From: Promethearchaeota archaeon
GTDB lineage: Archaea; Asgardarchaeota; Lokiarchaeia; Sigyniarchaeales; SOKP01
Direction: 5' to 3'
Assembly: GCA_016839765.1 (NCBI GenBank)
Contig: JAEOTP010000077.1
Span: forward strand, 1 to 60,188
DNA length: 60,188 bases
Positions 50,763 through 60,128 of this stretch are shown here, piece after piece (position 1 is the stretch's first letter; every line of letters starts with the position of its first letter). A model generated the notes under the pieces. It ran no database searches. It saw only the letters and a list, made by a program, of their open reading frames with translations, and was not told where the DNA came from. The translations under genes were made by a program, and so were the position numbers.

Positions 50763-51197
50763 TTACTTTCGTAAAGGGCCCAATTCCTTTATTTCACTAG
50801 TAAAATCAGTGATTACCTTGGCAAACCTTTTTCCTTCGGAAGCACTTACCCATTCTAACTTGACGCGTTTTTCATTAACACCTAACTGCTTTATAATTAT
50901 GTTATACAACCTTTCAAAACGGTCTCTTGTATATTCATTTCCAGAGATGTAATGGCAATCACCAATATGGCATCCACTAATAAGAACACCATCAGCACGA
51001 TTTTTTAAAGCCCTTAGGACAAAAGCAGGATCCACTCTTCCAGAGCACATAACTCTTATTATTCTAACATTTGGTGGATATTGGAATCTAGAAACTCCTG
51101 CTAAATCAGCCCCAGCATAACTACACCAATTACAACAAAAAACCAAAATATAGGGCTCAAAATCTTCCTTCTCAACTTGTGATACTGCTTTTGTCAT
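50763..51197 (-). CDS. mvhD: Hydrogenase/Hdr-associated [2Fe-2S] subunit, Cys form
   Basis: FCCNWCSYAGADLAG, RVMCSGRVD, GCHIGDCHY, WVSASEG. Confidence 0.95.
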   Translation of the reverse strand: MTKAVSQVEKEDFEPYILVFCCNWCSYAGADLAGVSRFQYPPNVRIIRVMCSGRVDPAFVLRALKNRADGVLISGCHIGDCHYISGNEYTRDRFERLYNIIIKQLGVNEKRVKLEWVSASEGKRFAKVITDFTSEIKELGPLRK

Positions 51198-51198
51198 T

Positions 51199-54100
51199 TT
51201 ATAATTCCTCTAACGATTTAGTTTTCTCTAGCAAATATGAATCTATCATCACACCTATTTGGTCAAAATCATAATGCTTTACAGATATTGCACCGACTGG
51301 ACAGGTGGCAGCGCAAGTCCCACAACCTTTGCATAATGCCGAATTTATATATGATTGCTTTATATTCAAATCCAAATCTTCAAATTCCATTTTAGTATCC
51401 AAAAGCTCAATAGCATTATAAGGACAAGTTTCTACACATTTTCCACATCCAATACATTTATCTGGATTAACTTCAGATATTAAACCGGAAGTCTTAATCT
51501 GTTTTGCGCTTAAAAATCGACTAGCTCTACCAGCTGCACCACTTGCTTGTGAAATTGAATCCTGAATATTTTTCGGCCATTGGGCGCATCCACACAAGAA
51601 GATGCCATCAGTTGCAAAATCTAAAGGTCTTAATTTGACATGCGCTTCCAAGAAAAAACCGTTTTTGTCTATTGGTACTTTTAACATTTTTGCTAATTCT
51701 TCTAAATTATCTGCTGGAATCATTGGAGTTGATAATATTATTAAATCGGTTTGAAATTCTATTTCCTCTTGAAGATTCGTGTCAAAAACCTTTATTTCGT
51801 AATTTTCTCTGGCTCCCCTTTTTCTAGTAATTTCTGGTATATTAGTTAAATCATATCTCAAAAAAATTGCATCTTTTCTTCTTTGGCGATAATAATCTTC
51901 GAACTCCTTCTTAGCCATTTGCAAATCTCTATATAATACCGTAATTTCAAGTTCAGGCTTGATTTCTTTAAGTATATTAATATTCTTAATTGCTGTTGCA
52001 CAACAAATATTTGAGCAATAGGTAATCCCTTCTTTTTGTCTTGAATTCACACACAAAATGGTAGTTATTCGATTTATATTTTTTAACCATGCACCATTTT
52101 GATCTTTTAATTTTTGTTCTAGTTCTAGTTGAGTTATGACATTTTGATTTTTACCGTTATATTGGAATAAACCATTTGGTTTTAATTCCTTCCCTCCAGT
52201 AGCAACTATTATTGTACCAACTTTAAAATCATGAATTACTTTTTCTTTATCGCCTACAGCAATATCATAATTTCCTATGTAACCCTTAATATTCTCAAGT
52301 TTAGATTCTAAGAAAATTTTGATATTTTTATTCTTTTTTACTTTTTCAATTATTTCATTTAGAAAAATTGATCCTTTTTCTTGAATTGGAGATAGAATGT
52401 TAAGATAATTTAGAATACCTCCTAATTTATTCTCTGTTTCTACGAGGTATGTTTCAAATCCTTGTTCTGCGATGTTTAGCGCGGCACTCATTCCTGCAAC
52501 CCCTCCACCAATGACTAATGCTGAGGGAATAATATTAAGGGTTTCTTCTTTTTGTGGCTTTAAGAGTCTGGCTTTCGCTACAGCCATTTTTACAAGGTCT
52601 ATAGATTTTTCGGTAGCTGCTTCCCTCTCTGTCATATGAACCCAAGAACATTGATCTCGAATATTAACCATTTCAAAAAGATATTTGTTTAATCCTGCCT
52701 CTTGACAAGTAACCTGAAACAAGGTTTCATGTGTTCTAGGAGTGCACGAAGCTACTATGAACCTATTTAAATCATTTTCTTTAATAACTTCCTTTATTCT
52801 TTCCTGAGAATCACTAGAACATGAATATAAATTTGCTTCACAGTGAACTACATTTGGTAATTTTTTAATTTCTTCAACAACGTCTGGAACATCTACATAT
52901 TTTCCAATATTAATCCCACAATGACAAATTAAAACTCCAATTCTCGATTCTTCAGATGTTTTTACTTCCTTTTCTGGTTCTTCAAACTCCTTTTCTTTGA
53001 TCTGGGTAAATTTAACTGAGTTTAATAATGTTGCAACTTGTGATGCTACACCACTCGCATCTGCTACAGTCTCAGGGATATCCATTGGACCTTGACAAAA
53101 ACCGCATAAAAATATACCATCTTTTGAAGATTGTAATTTATTAAAGTAAGAACGTTCCTTGAAAAAATTATATTGATCAAGTTCAATCCCTAAAATCTCT
53201 GCTAATTCGTTTGTGCCTCTTGATGCTACTAAGGGTGATGCTAATACTACTAAATTTGCTTTAAAATCTTTAAATTCTCCAGTTTTTAAATCCTCATAAT
53301 GTATAAGTAAATCATTAGTTTCAGGATCTTCCCTAATTTGACTGATCTTCGTTTGGTAGTATTTTACTCCATATTCTTGCTGAGCCCGCTGAGTGAATTC
53401 ATAAAAATTCTTACCATAAGCTCTAATATCGTGTCTAAATACATAGCATTCTGATTTCTCGGAATGTTCTTTTGTTATAATTGCTTCTTTTGCTGTATAT
53501 GTACAACATACACTTGAACAATACGGTACTCCCTCATGTAAATCTCTTGAACCAGCACATTGAATAAAAGCAATTTTTTCAGGTTCTTCATGATCACTTG
53601 GTCTTAAGACATGTCCCCCGAAAGGTCCTGAAGCACATAAAATTCTCTCATATTCAAGAGCACTTACTACATTTTCATATTGGTACCCCCATCTTAAAGA
53701 TAATTTTTCAGCAGGCATCTCAAAACCAGTTGCTACTACAATAGCTCCTATATTGAGTTGAATATCTTGAGGTTTTTGTTCATAATCAATTGCTTCAGCT
53801 TCACAAACTTTTTCACAAACTCCACATACTCCTTTTGTTAATTTCAAACACAACTTAGGATCAATTAAATAGACGGGAGGGACTGCTTGAGGGAAGGGTA
53901 TATAAATGGATTTTCTTTTCCCTAGATTCATATCAAATAAGTTTGGAACTTCAATTTTTGGGCATTTTGTAGCACAATCTCCACAGCCTTTGCATTTTGT
54001 TTCATCAATATAGCGTGGCTTTTTAAGAATTGTGATAGTAAAATCTCCTGCCGCTCCAGTAATTTCTTTAACTTCGTGATAAGTTAATAATTCAATATTA

Positions 54101-54306
54101 GGATTTCTAAAAACCTCGACCATTTTAGGTGCGAGAATACATAAACTGCAATCATTTGTAGGGAATGTCTTATCAAGTTGAGCCATTCGGCCTCCAATTG
54201 AGGGAGTCCTTTCAACTAAAAATACTTTATAACCTAATTCGGTCAAATCTAAAGAACATTGGATACCAGCAATTCCTCCACCAATTACTAATACAGATCC
54301 TTCCAT
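51199..54306 (-). CDS. hdrA: Large two-FAD-module heterodisulfide reductase subunit A, Cys form
   Basis: 1035 aa; two GGGxAG FAD motifs, LDKTFPTNDCSLC, CSSVCC, internal CHCGINI domain, several 4Fe-4S motifs. Confidence 0.92.
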   Translation of the reverse strand: MEGSVLVIGGGIAGIQCSLDLTELGYKVFLVERTPSIGGRMAQLDKTFPTNDCSLCILAPKMVEVFRNPNIELLTYHEVKEITGAAGDFTITILKKPRYIDETKCKGCGDCATKCPKIEVPNLFDMNLGKRKSIYIPFPQAVPPVYLIDPKLCLKLTKGVCGVCEKVCEAEAIDYEQKPQDIQLNIGAIVVATGFEMPAEKLSLRWGYQYENVVSALEYERILCASGPFGGHVLRPSDHEEPEKIAFIQCAGSRDLHEGVPYCSSVCCTYTAKEAIITKEHSEKSECYVFRHDIRAYGKNFYEFTQRAQQEYGVKYYQTKISQIREDPETNDLLIHYEDLKTGEFKDFKANLVVLASPLVASRGTNELAEILGIELDQYNFFKERSYFNKLQSSKDGIFLCGFCQGPMDIPETVADASGVASQVATLLNSVKFTQIKEKEFEEPEKEVKTSEESRIGVLICHCGINIGKYVDVPDVVEEIKKLPNVVHCEANLYSCSSDSQERIKEVIKENDLNRFIVASCTPRTHETLFQVTCQEAGLNKYLFEMVNIRDQCSWVHMTEREAATEKSIDLVKMAVAKARLLKPQKEETLNIIPSALVIGGGVAGMSAALNIAEQGFETYLVETENKLGGILNYLNILSPIQEKGSIFLNEIIEKVKKNKNIKIFLESKLENIKGYIGNYDIAVGDKEKVIHDFKVGTIIVATGGKELKPNGLFQYNGKNQNVITQLELEQKLKDQNGAWLKNINRITTILCVNSRQKEGITYCSNICCATAIKNINILKEIKPELEITVLYRDLQMAKKEFEDYYRQRRKDAIFLRYDLTNIPEITRKRGARENYEIKVFDTNLQEEIEFQTDLIILSTPMIPADNLEELAKMLKVPIDKNGFFLEAHVKLRPLDFATDGIFLCGCAQWPKNIQDSISQASGAAGRASRFLSAKQIKTSGLISEVNPDKCIGCGKCVETCPYNAIELLDTKMEFEDLDLNIKQSYINSALCKGCGTCAATCPVGAISVKHYDFDQIGVMIDSYLLEKTKSLEEL

Positions 54307-55586
54307 TATGATTTAACTTCTCCATTATTTTCTGAATCAATTACATGAATTAAATTTACTAAAAACTCAGAAAAATCTTTAATTTCTATAGAAGATAAAT
54401 CGTCATAATCCTTTTGAAGGCACGAGAGGTGCATAATACATTTTGGACACGATGTAACCAAAGTTGTACCTGCTTCTTTAGCTTCTAAAAGACGACTATA
54501 TCTTAGAGCTTTGGATCGCGTATTACAATTCATCCATGAACTAACACCGCAACATAATGCATTCTCTTTATTGTGTGTCATTTCTTTGAAAGAATAACCT
54601 AATCCCTCTAAAATGTTAAAAATTTCCCTTAATTTTTCTAAAAGGTTATTAGATTTTGGTAAAAATCTGCTCAACCTGCAAGGATCGTGATAAGTAAACT
54701 GAATATTAATATCGCTTTCATCTGGAGCTTTTAACTCTACTTTGCCTTGTTTTAACTTTTCATATACGTACTCAATTATATGTTTCACTTCAAATTTTTT
54801 ATCAAAATCTTCAAATAGTTTTGGATACTCCACTTTAAAAGTCCTATAACCTTCTGCGCAAGATGTAATAATTGTTGAAACGCTGGACTTTTCAAATAAG
54901 TCATAATTTTTCTTTGCTAATTTGATAAAAGCCTCAAAATTCCCTAATCCCCAGTATAAGTCGTGTCCACAACAGACCTCATCTTTAAGAACAACTATTG
55001 GACGATTCTCAATTTGACACATTATTTTAAGTGAGCTTATGGGAATTGGATCTACTTCTTGGAATTCAAATTTAAAATATGGTATGCAACCTACGAAATA
55101 TAGAATATCCCCTTTATCTGAAATTTTACATTCTTTTGGGACCCAATCAAGATTTTTATTCGGTTGGATATAAGGCTCGCTCAATATTTCTGATATAGTA
55201 GTATAAATACCTTTATGTGCAACGAATTGCTCTGGGTTTTGTTTATAATAATTTTTCATTTTATATTTTGCATTTCTTACAATATCAGCAAAATTTATAT
55301 CTTCGGGGCAATTTTGAAGGCAGCTATTGCATGTTAAACAATCCCATAAAACCCCACTACTGATTACTTTATCTTCAGACCCTTCTAATATTCTTTGAAT
55401 AATTACGCTAGGTACAAAACTTTGAACTTTACTAAGTTGGCATACGCCGCTACAACGAACACATTGATAACATTTACTCAATAGTTTTCTTAAATTTGGT
55501 TCGTAAATCTTGTCTAGATATAACTCTGAATCCTCTATGGATTGTTCAGAATTATCTTTTTGATTGATTTCTGTTATAAGCTTCAC
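54306..55586 (-). CDS. HdrD/GlpC-like Fe-S oxidoreductase (ferredoxin + CCG domains)
   Basis: CYQCVRCSGVC, CLTCNSCLQNCP, CCG, YHDPCRL, CCG, TSCPKC; stop overlaps the hdrA ATG. Confidence 0.88.
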   Translation of the reverse strand: MKLITEINQKDNSEQSIEDSELYLDKIYEPNLRKLLSKCYQCVRCSGVCQLSKVQSFVPSVIIQRILEGSEDKVISSGVLWDCLTCNSCLQNCPEDINFADIVRNAKYKMKNYYKQNPEQFVAHKGIYTTISEILSEPYIQPNKNLDWVPKECKISDKGDILYFVGCIPYFKFEFQEVDPIPISSLKIMCQIENRPIVVLKDEVCCGHDLYWGLGNFEAFIKLAKKNYDLFEKSSVSTIITSCAEGYRTFKVEYPKLFEDFDKKFEVKHIIEYVYEKLKQGKVELKAPDESDINIQFTYHDPCRLSRFLPKSNNLLEKLREIFNILEGLGYSFKEMTHNKENALCCGVSSWMNCNTRSKALRYSRLLEAKEAGTTLVTSCPKCIMHLSCLQKDYDDLSSIEIKDFSEFLVNLIHVIDSENNGEVKS

Positions 55587-55724
55587 TAAAATATTTTAAT
55601 TCTTACTTCATATTATATTGAATCACTTTGAATATGATAAAAAGGGAATGAATTTATTTTTTCTGATTAGTTTTAATAATGGTAGTTCGGTATGAAAATA
55701 AATGTAATAAGCGCAGAGTTCTAG

Positions 55725-55777
55725 GGAAAATTTTAATATAGAGAGTACTGAGCTCTATTATTAAATATTTCTTTTCC
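55725..55777. promoter_or_regulatory. Imperfect inverted repeat in the divergent hdr intergenic region
   Basis: TTTAATA-TAGAG (55732-55743) / CTCTA-t-TATTAAA (55753-55765), flanked by GGAAAA/TTTTCC. Confidence 0.4.
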
Positions 55778-55971
55778 ATTGTTGTCATCATTAAAAAATT
55801 AAAAACCAATAGGAAAAATTGTAGTTTTAAGAGTTTTTCTTATTTAATATTGGAATTATATAGTCTAATCAGAAAGAATAAATTATTTCCTTTTTTTACT
55901 TAATCATTATATTTAAATCGTTAAATTTAAAACCAAATAAATCAAGGTGAAAGAATACAAGGGTGACATAA

Positions 55972-57969
55972 ATGTCTGATAAGCAGACCATTGTTAGAAT
56001 AGGCGTTTATGTATGCAGGTGAGGAGTAAATATTGGAGCTACGGTAGATTGTGATGCTGTGAAAGATGCTGTTGAACATCTCTCAAATGTCGCAATTACT
56101 AGAGTAAATGACTTTACTTGTAGTGATCCTGGACAGAAAATCATCAAAAATGATATTTTAGAGTTAGATTTAAATCGCATTGTTGTTGCTGCTTGTACTC
56201 CAAAAATTCATGAATCCACTTATCGTGCTGTCTTAATTGAAGCTGGATTAAGCCCTTATTATTTTCAGATGGTTAATTTACGTGAACATTGTTCATTTGT
56301 ACACGGAGATGACAAGAGAGGTGCCACTGAAAAGGCGATAAGACTAGTTATAGCAGGAATAAACCGTGTTCGTGAGTTAGAGAGTATTCCCCGGAAAGTT
56401 ATACCAGTAGAGAGGGCAGCTTTAGTAATTGGTGCTGGAATTGCTGGAATGAATGCTGCGTTAGATTTAGCAAACCAGGGAATAAATGTTTATTTAGTTG
56501 AAAAAGAACCTACTATTGGTGGAAAAATGGCACAATTAGATAGGATTTATCCAACGGATGATTGTGGAATATGAGTACTTGCTCCAATAATGGTTAATGC
56601 TTCGAAACAACCAAATATAAATTTATATACTTATAGCGATATCGTCGAATTTAGCGGAATTCCTGGTAATTATAAAGTTAAAATAAGAAAAAATCCTCGT
56701 TATATTGATGAAAGTAAGTGTACTGGTTGTGGCTTATGCACATCCAAATGTCCTATAAAAATACCCGATGAATTTAATAGAGGGATCGGTGATAGGTGTG
56801 CTGTTTACATTCCCTTCCCTCAAGCTGTACCAAAATATGCTGTAATTGACAAGTCTGTTTGTATTGACTGCAAAAACTGCCAAAGAATATGCCCAGCCGA
56901 AGCAGTTGATTTTGAACAAGAACCACAATATATTGATATAAATGTGGGAGCTGTAATAGTCGCTACAGGTTATGATGAATACCCAATTATCGAAACTAAT
57001 GAGTACAACTATGGATTATATCCTGATGTAATCACTCAAATAGAACTAGAACGGATGTTAAGTCCTATTGGTCCAACCGATGGTCATGTGTATAGAATTT
57101 CTAATGGAGAAATCCCAAATACGATTGTTATGATTCAATGTGTCGGTTCAAGATCAGTAAAAGAACTTCCCTATTGCTCTGGAGTGTGTTGCAATGTGGC
57201 TCTTAAAAATGCACAATTATTAAAGCAAGAGTATCCTGACATGGATGTTGTTTTGTTTTACATTGATATTAGGACAACAGATAAAGGAAACGAGGAATAT
57301 TATAGAAGAATAAGAGATACGGGGATTAGAATGATTCGAGGAAAAGTCGGAGAAGTATTGGAAGACCCTGAAACGAAAATGCTAAAAATTCGGGCATTTT
57401 CATCTTTAACAGGTGATATTATTAAACTTAACGCTGATTTAGTTGTATTGTCTACAGGTATGATACCTTCAAAAGGTACTATTGAAATTATAGACTTAAT
57501 GGGTTTAGCTAAAGGTCCAAATGGATTTTTAACTGAAATTCATGGATGTCTAAGCCCTCAAGAAACGAATAATATGGGAATTTATATTTGTGGGGCTGCA
57601 GCTGGACCAAAGAACATCCCTTATTCCGTATCAACAGCTTTAGCGGCAGCAAGCAAGGCTGCTACTCTGCTATCGCACGATACTATAAACCAAGAATTAT
57701 TGATTGCAGAAGTGAAAGAAGAACTTTGTATGGGATGCCATAGATGTGAAAAATTGTGTTATTATGAAGCAATAAAAGTAGGTGAAAACAATATTGCAAT
57801 TGTAGATGATTTAAAATGCAAAGGTTGTGGCGTGTGCGCTACATCGTGTCCCGCGAGAGCGATTGACCTAAAATACTATAGAGACAAACAATTCATCGAA
57901 GAAATTAAAGGAATCAGTAGTAGCGAAATTGAATCCATCCAAGAAGCACCAAAAATTGAGGAAGAGTAA
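55972..57969 (+). CDS. hdrA: Selenocysteine-containing heterodisulfide reductase subunit A (665 aa, Sec17 and Sec201)
   Basis: Single frame from ATG 55972 (SD GGGTGA) to TAA 57969; TGA at 56020-56022 (GVYVCR-U-GVNIG) and 56572-56574 (PTDDCGI-U-VLAP), both aligning with Cys in the paralog (CHCGINIG; PTNDCSLCILAP). Confidence 0.92.
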
Positions 57970-57990
57970 ATAATTTAGAGGTTAATTCAT

Positions 57991-58425
57991 ATGGTTGATT
58001 CAGAAAATAAGAATTTTAGAAAAATTATTGCTTTTGGATGCGATAAATGAGGTTATTCTGCTGCGGATTTAACTGGAACTACGAGAAAAACATACTCAAC
58101 TGATTTTCACTTAATTCGAGTTAGATGTACAGGAAGAGTTGGTATTCATTTAATTATGGAATGTTTTTTGAATGGTGCTGATGGAGTAGCTATTATATCA
58201 TGAAAAGAAGGAGAATGTGAATATGGTAGTGGTAACCTTAATACCTATGAGCATATTAAGCTCTTGAAACGGTTATTTAAACATCTAGGGATTTCCGAAA
58301 ACAGGATTCAACAATATTTCTGTTCAGCAGCAGAGGTGGAAAAATTCATCCAATCAGTAGAAGACATAACAACCAAAATTTATGAACTCCCACCTATACC
58401 TAAACAAAAACTTAATCCGAAGTAG
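57991..58425 (+). CDS. mvhD: Selenocysteine-containing MvhD/VhuD (144 aa, Sec20 and Sec71); absent from the ORF track
   Basis: MVDSENKNFRKIIAFGCDK-U-GYSAADLTG...RVRCTGRV...GADGVAIIS-U-KEGECEYGSGN...FCSAAE; TGA at 58048-58050 and 58201-58203 align with Cys of CNWC and GCHIGDC in the Cys paralog; SD GAGGT at 57978. Confidence 0.92.
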
Positions 58426-58486
58426 GATGATCCTACCAAAAAAATTATAGTTGGGAGGAAACTAACTCATAGCCTGAGCTTTCGGA
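58416..58486 (+). ncRNA. Structured RNA element: SECIS candidate or C/D-box-like K-turn RNA
   Basis: Closing stem TCCGAAGT/GCTTTCGGA encloses AGGATGA (58424-58430, includes ATGA), an A7 run, and CTGA (58474-58477); internal pairings TCCTACCAA/TTGGGAGGA or AGTTGG/CTAACT; lies right after the last Sec gene. Confidence 0.5.
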
Positions 58487-58520
58487 ATTAAAAATTAGAT
58501 TAATTATTAATATTATAAAG

Positions 58521-60014
58521 ATGGAATCAAAAGGAACTATTTCATGGAACTTTTTAAAGGATATAGCAGATACTTTAGATTCATATAGGATACGCCTCTT
58601 AATAGATGCTAAAAATGAAATTATTAGTTCTGCTATTTATGATGAAGAACAATATTATCAAATACTTCTTCAGATGATTGACGTAGAAAGAATGAAATAT
58701 TCCCTATTTAATTATTTAAATACCGAAGAAAATCACAATTTTAAATCCCTAAAACAATTTTCTAAACAAAATTCAATTGATATTAAAAAAACTCTAAGCT
58801 TTTTAGAGTTATTGAGAAATGAGAGACTAATCAAGGTAGAATATATTCATAACAATAATGATACTACTGAAGGAAATTCTAGCGATTTAACCATTAAGGA
58901 TTTATCAATTAGAAGTTTACAACTAATTCCTTCTGAAGTTAAATCTATCTACGAACCAGTAAAAGTTGTTTATGAGACTAACAATTGTTCTGGGTGTGGA
59001 TTGTGTGCTGGTATCTGTCCAGTTAATTGTATAAATATCTATAATGGGTTTGGAAAACTTGATGAAGATAAATGTATAAGATGCGGATTATGTTATTATT
59101 TTTGCCCAAGGACCTACTTACCTGTAAATTTATTAAATATGACCCAAAAAGATACTTCTAAATTAGAAAATTTTCCTAAAATAGGTTATTACCTAGAGGT
59201 ATATTCGGCTAGATCTAAAATAAAGGAAATCTCTAAAGTATGTCAAGATGGTGGAATTTCAAGTACGTGTCTCTATTTTTTGTTTGAAAGAAATGAGATA
59301 GATATTGCATTGGGAGCAAAAATGAGTCGAACTCCGTGGCGACCAGAACCAATATTAATTAAAAATAAAGAAGATATATTGAAAACTGCCGGAACAAAAT
59401 ATGTAAATAATCCTACTCTCAGCTTGTTAAATGAATTGAATAAAAATTCCAGCAAAATAGCTGTTGTTGGAGTTCCTTGTATGATGCAAGCTTTATTAAA
59501 ATCAGAAATTTATAATATCGGAATCCCCTCATTAAATCAGGTAGAATATAGAATCGGTATTTTTTGCATGGAATCATTTTCTTATGAATCCCTATTAAAA
59601 ATCTGCGAAACTTTAAGTGTAGATATTAACAATGTCCGGAAAACTGATATTAATAAAGGTAAATTTTTTGTATATACTCATAAGGGAGAAGATTTATCAA
59701 TTCCAATTAAAGAAATATCTCATTTAGCAAGAGAAGATTGTGAGATTTGCTTTGATTTAACTTCTGAGTCGGCTGACATATCAATTGGTTCAATTGGAGC
59801 ACCATCAGGTTGGAATACTGTTATAGTACGAACACCAAAAGGAAAACAATTATTTGATGGATTGGTAAAAAATAATTTGATTGAATTTAAAAAGATTACA
59901 GAAGTTCAACCCGGATTACCAATGGTTGAAAAAATTGCCAATTCAAAGAGAAATAAGTGCTCTAAACATATCGCTAAAAAAGAAGGCGAAAACAAGAGAA
60001 CTCCTAATTATTAA
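58521..60014 (+). CDS. FrhB/FdhB-family F420-interacting subunit with ferredoxin and an N-terminal helical/HTH extension
   Basis: CSGCGLCAGICP, CIRCGLCYYFCP, QDGG, AGTKY, VGVPCM, IGIFCMESF, CEICFD, ADISIGSIG. Confidence 0.88.
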   Translation: MESKGTISWNFLKDIADTLDSYRIRLLIDAKNEIISSAIYDEEQYYQILLQMIDVERMKYSLFNYLNTEENHNFKSLKQFSKQNSIDIKKTLSFLELLRNERLIKVEYIHNNNDTTEGNSSDLTIKDLSIRSLQLIPSEVKSIYEPVKVVYETNNCSGCGLCAGICPVNCINIYNGFGKLDEDKCIRCGLCYYFCPRTYLPVNLLNMTQKDTSKLENFPKIGYYLEVYSARSKIKEISKVCQDGGISSTCLYFLFERNEIDIALGAKMSRTPWRPEPILIKNKEDILKTAGTKYVNNPTLSLLNELNKNSSKIAVVGVPCMMQALLKSEIYNIGIPSLNQVEYRIGIFCMESFSYESLLKICETLSVDINNVRKTDINKGKFFVYTHKGEDLSIPIKEISHLAREDCEICFDLTSESADISIGSIGAPSGWNTVIVRTPKGKQLFDGLVKNNLIEFKKITEVQPGLPMVEKIANSKRNKCSKHIAKKEGENKRTPNY

Positions 60015-60128
60015 AAATATATGATATTTGAAATTATCTCGAAATCTTCTTTCTTCTATTCTAAACCATAAAATTAATATTAAATTTCACATTAAAAAGT
60101 ATATCATTAATATTTATTTGGAATTAAA

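Noticed and set aside
56059-57969. ORF-track calls 56059-56574 and 56590-57969 as two genes or an hdrA pseudogene
   Set aside because: Both are in the same frame and separated only by a TGA at a conserved Cys position; Sec recoding explains this better
603-59455. Short antisense or alternate-frame ORFs in the track (e.g. 603-815, 13079-13288, 15404-15703, 35082-35402, 40977-41324, 50734-50952, 59273-59455)
   Set aside because: They lie within or opposite well-supported genes and have no recognisable motifs; treated as shadow ORFs
94-60014. Genome-wide UGA reassignment (e.g. to Trp)
   Set aside because: Many ordinary genes end in TGA at the expected position (30531 matches the TAA of its paralog), Trp is encoded by TGG, and read-through sites align only with Cys
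60015-60128. SECIS downstream of the FrhB-like gene
   Set aside because: An ATGA is present but the region is nearly all A/T, with no convincing helix or opposing GA
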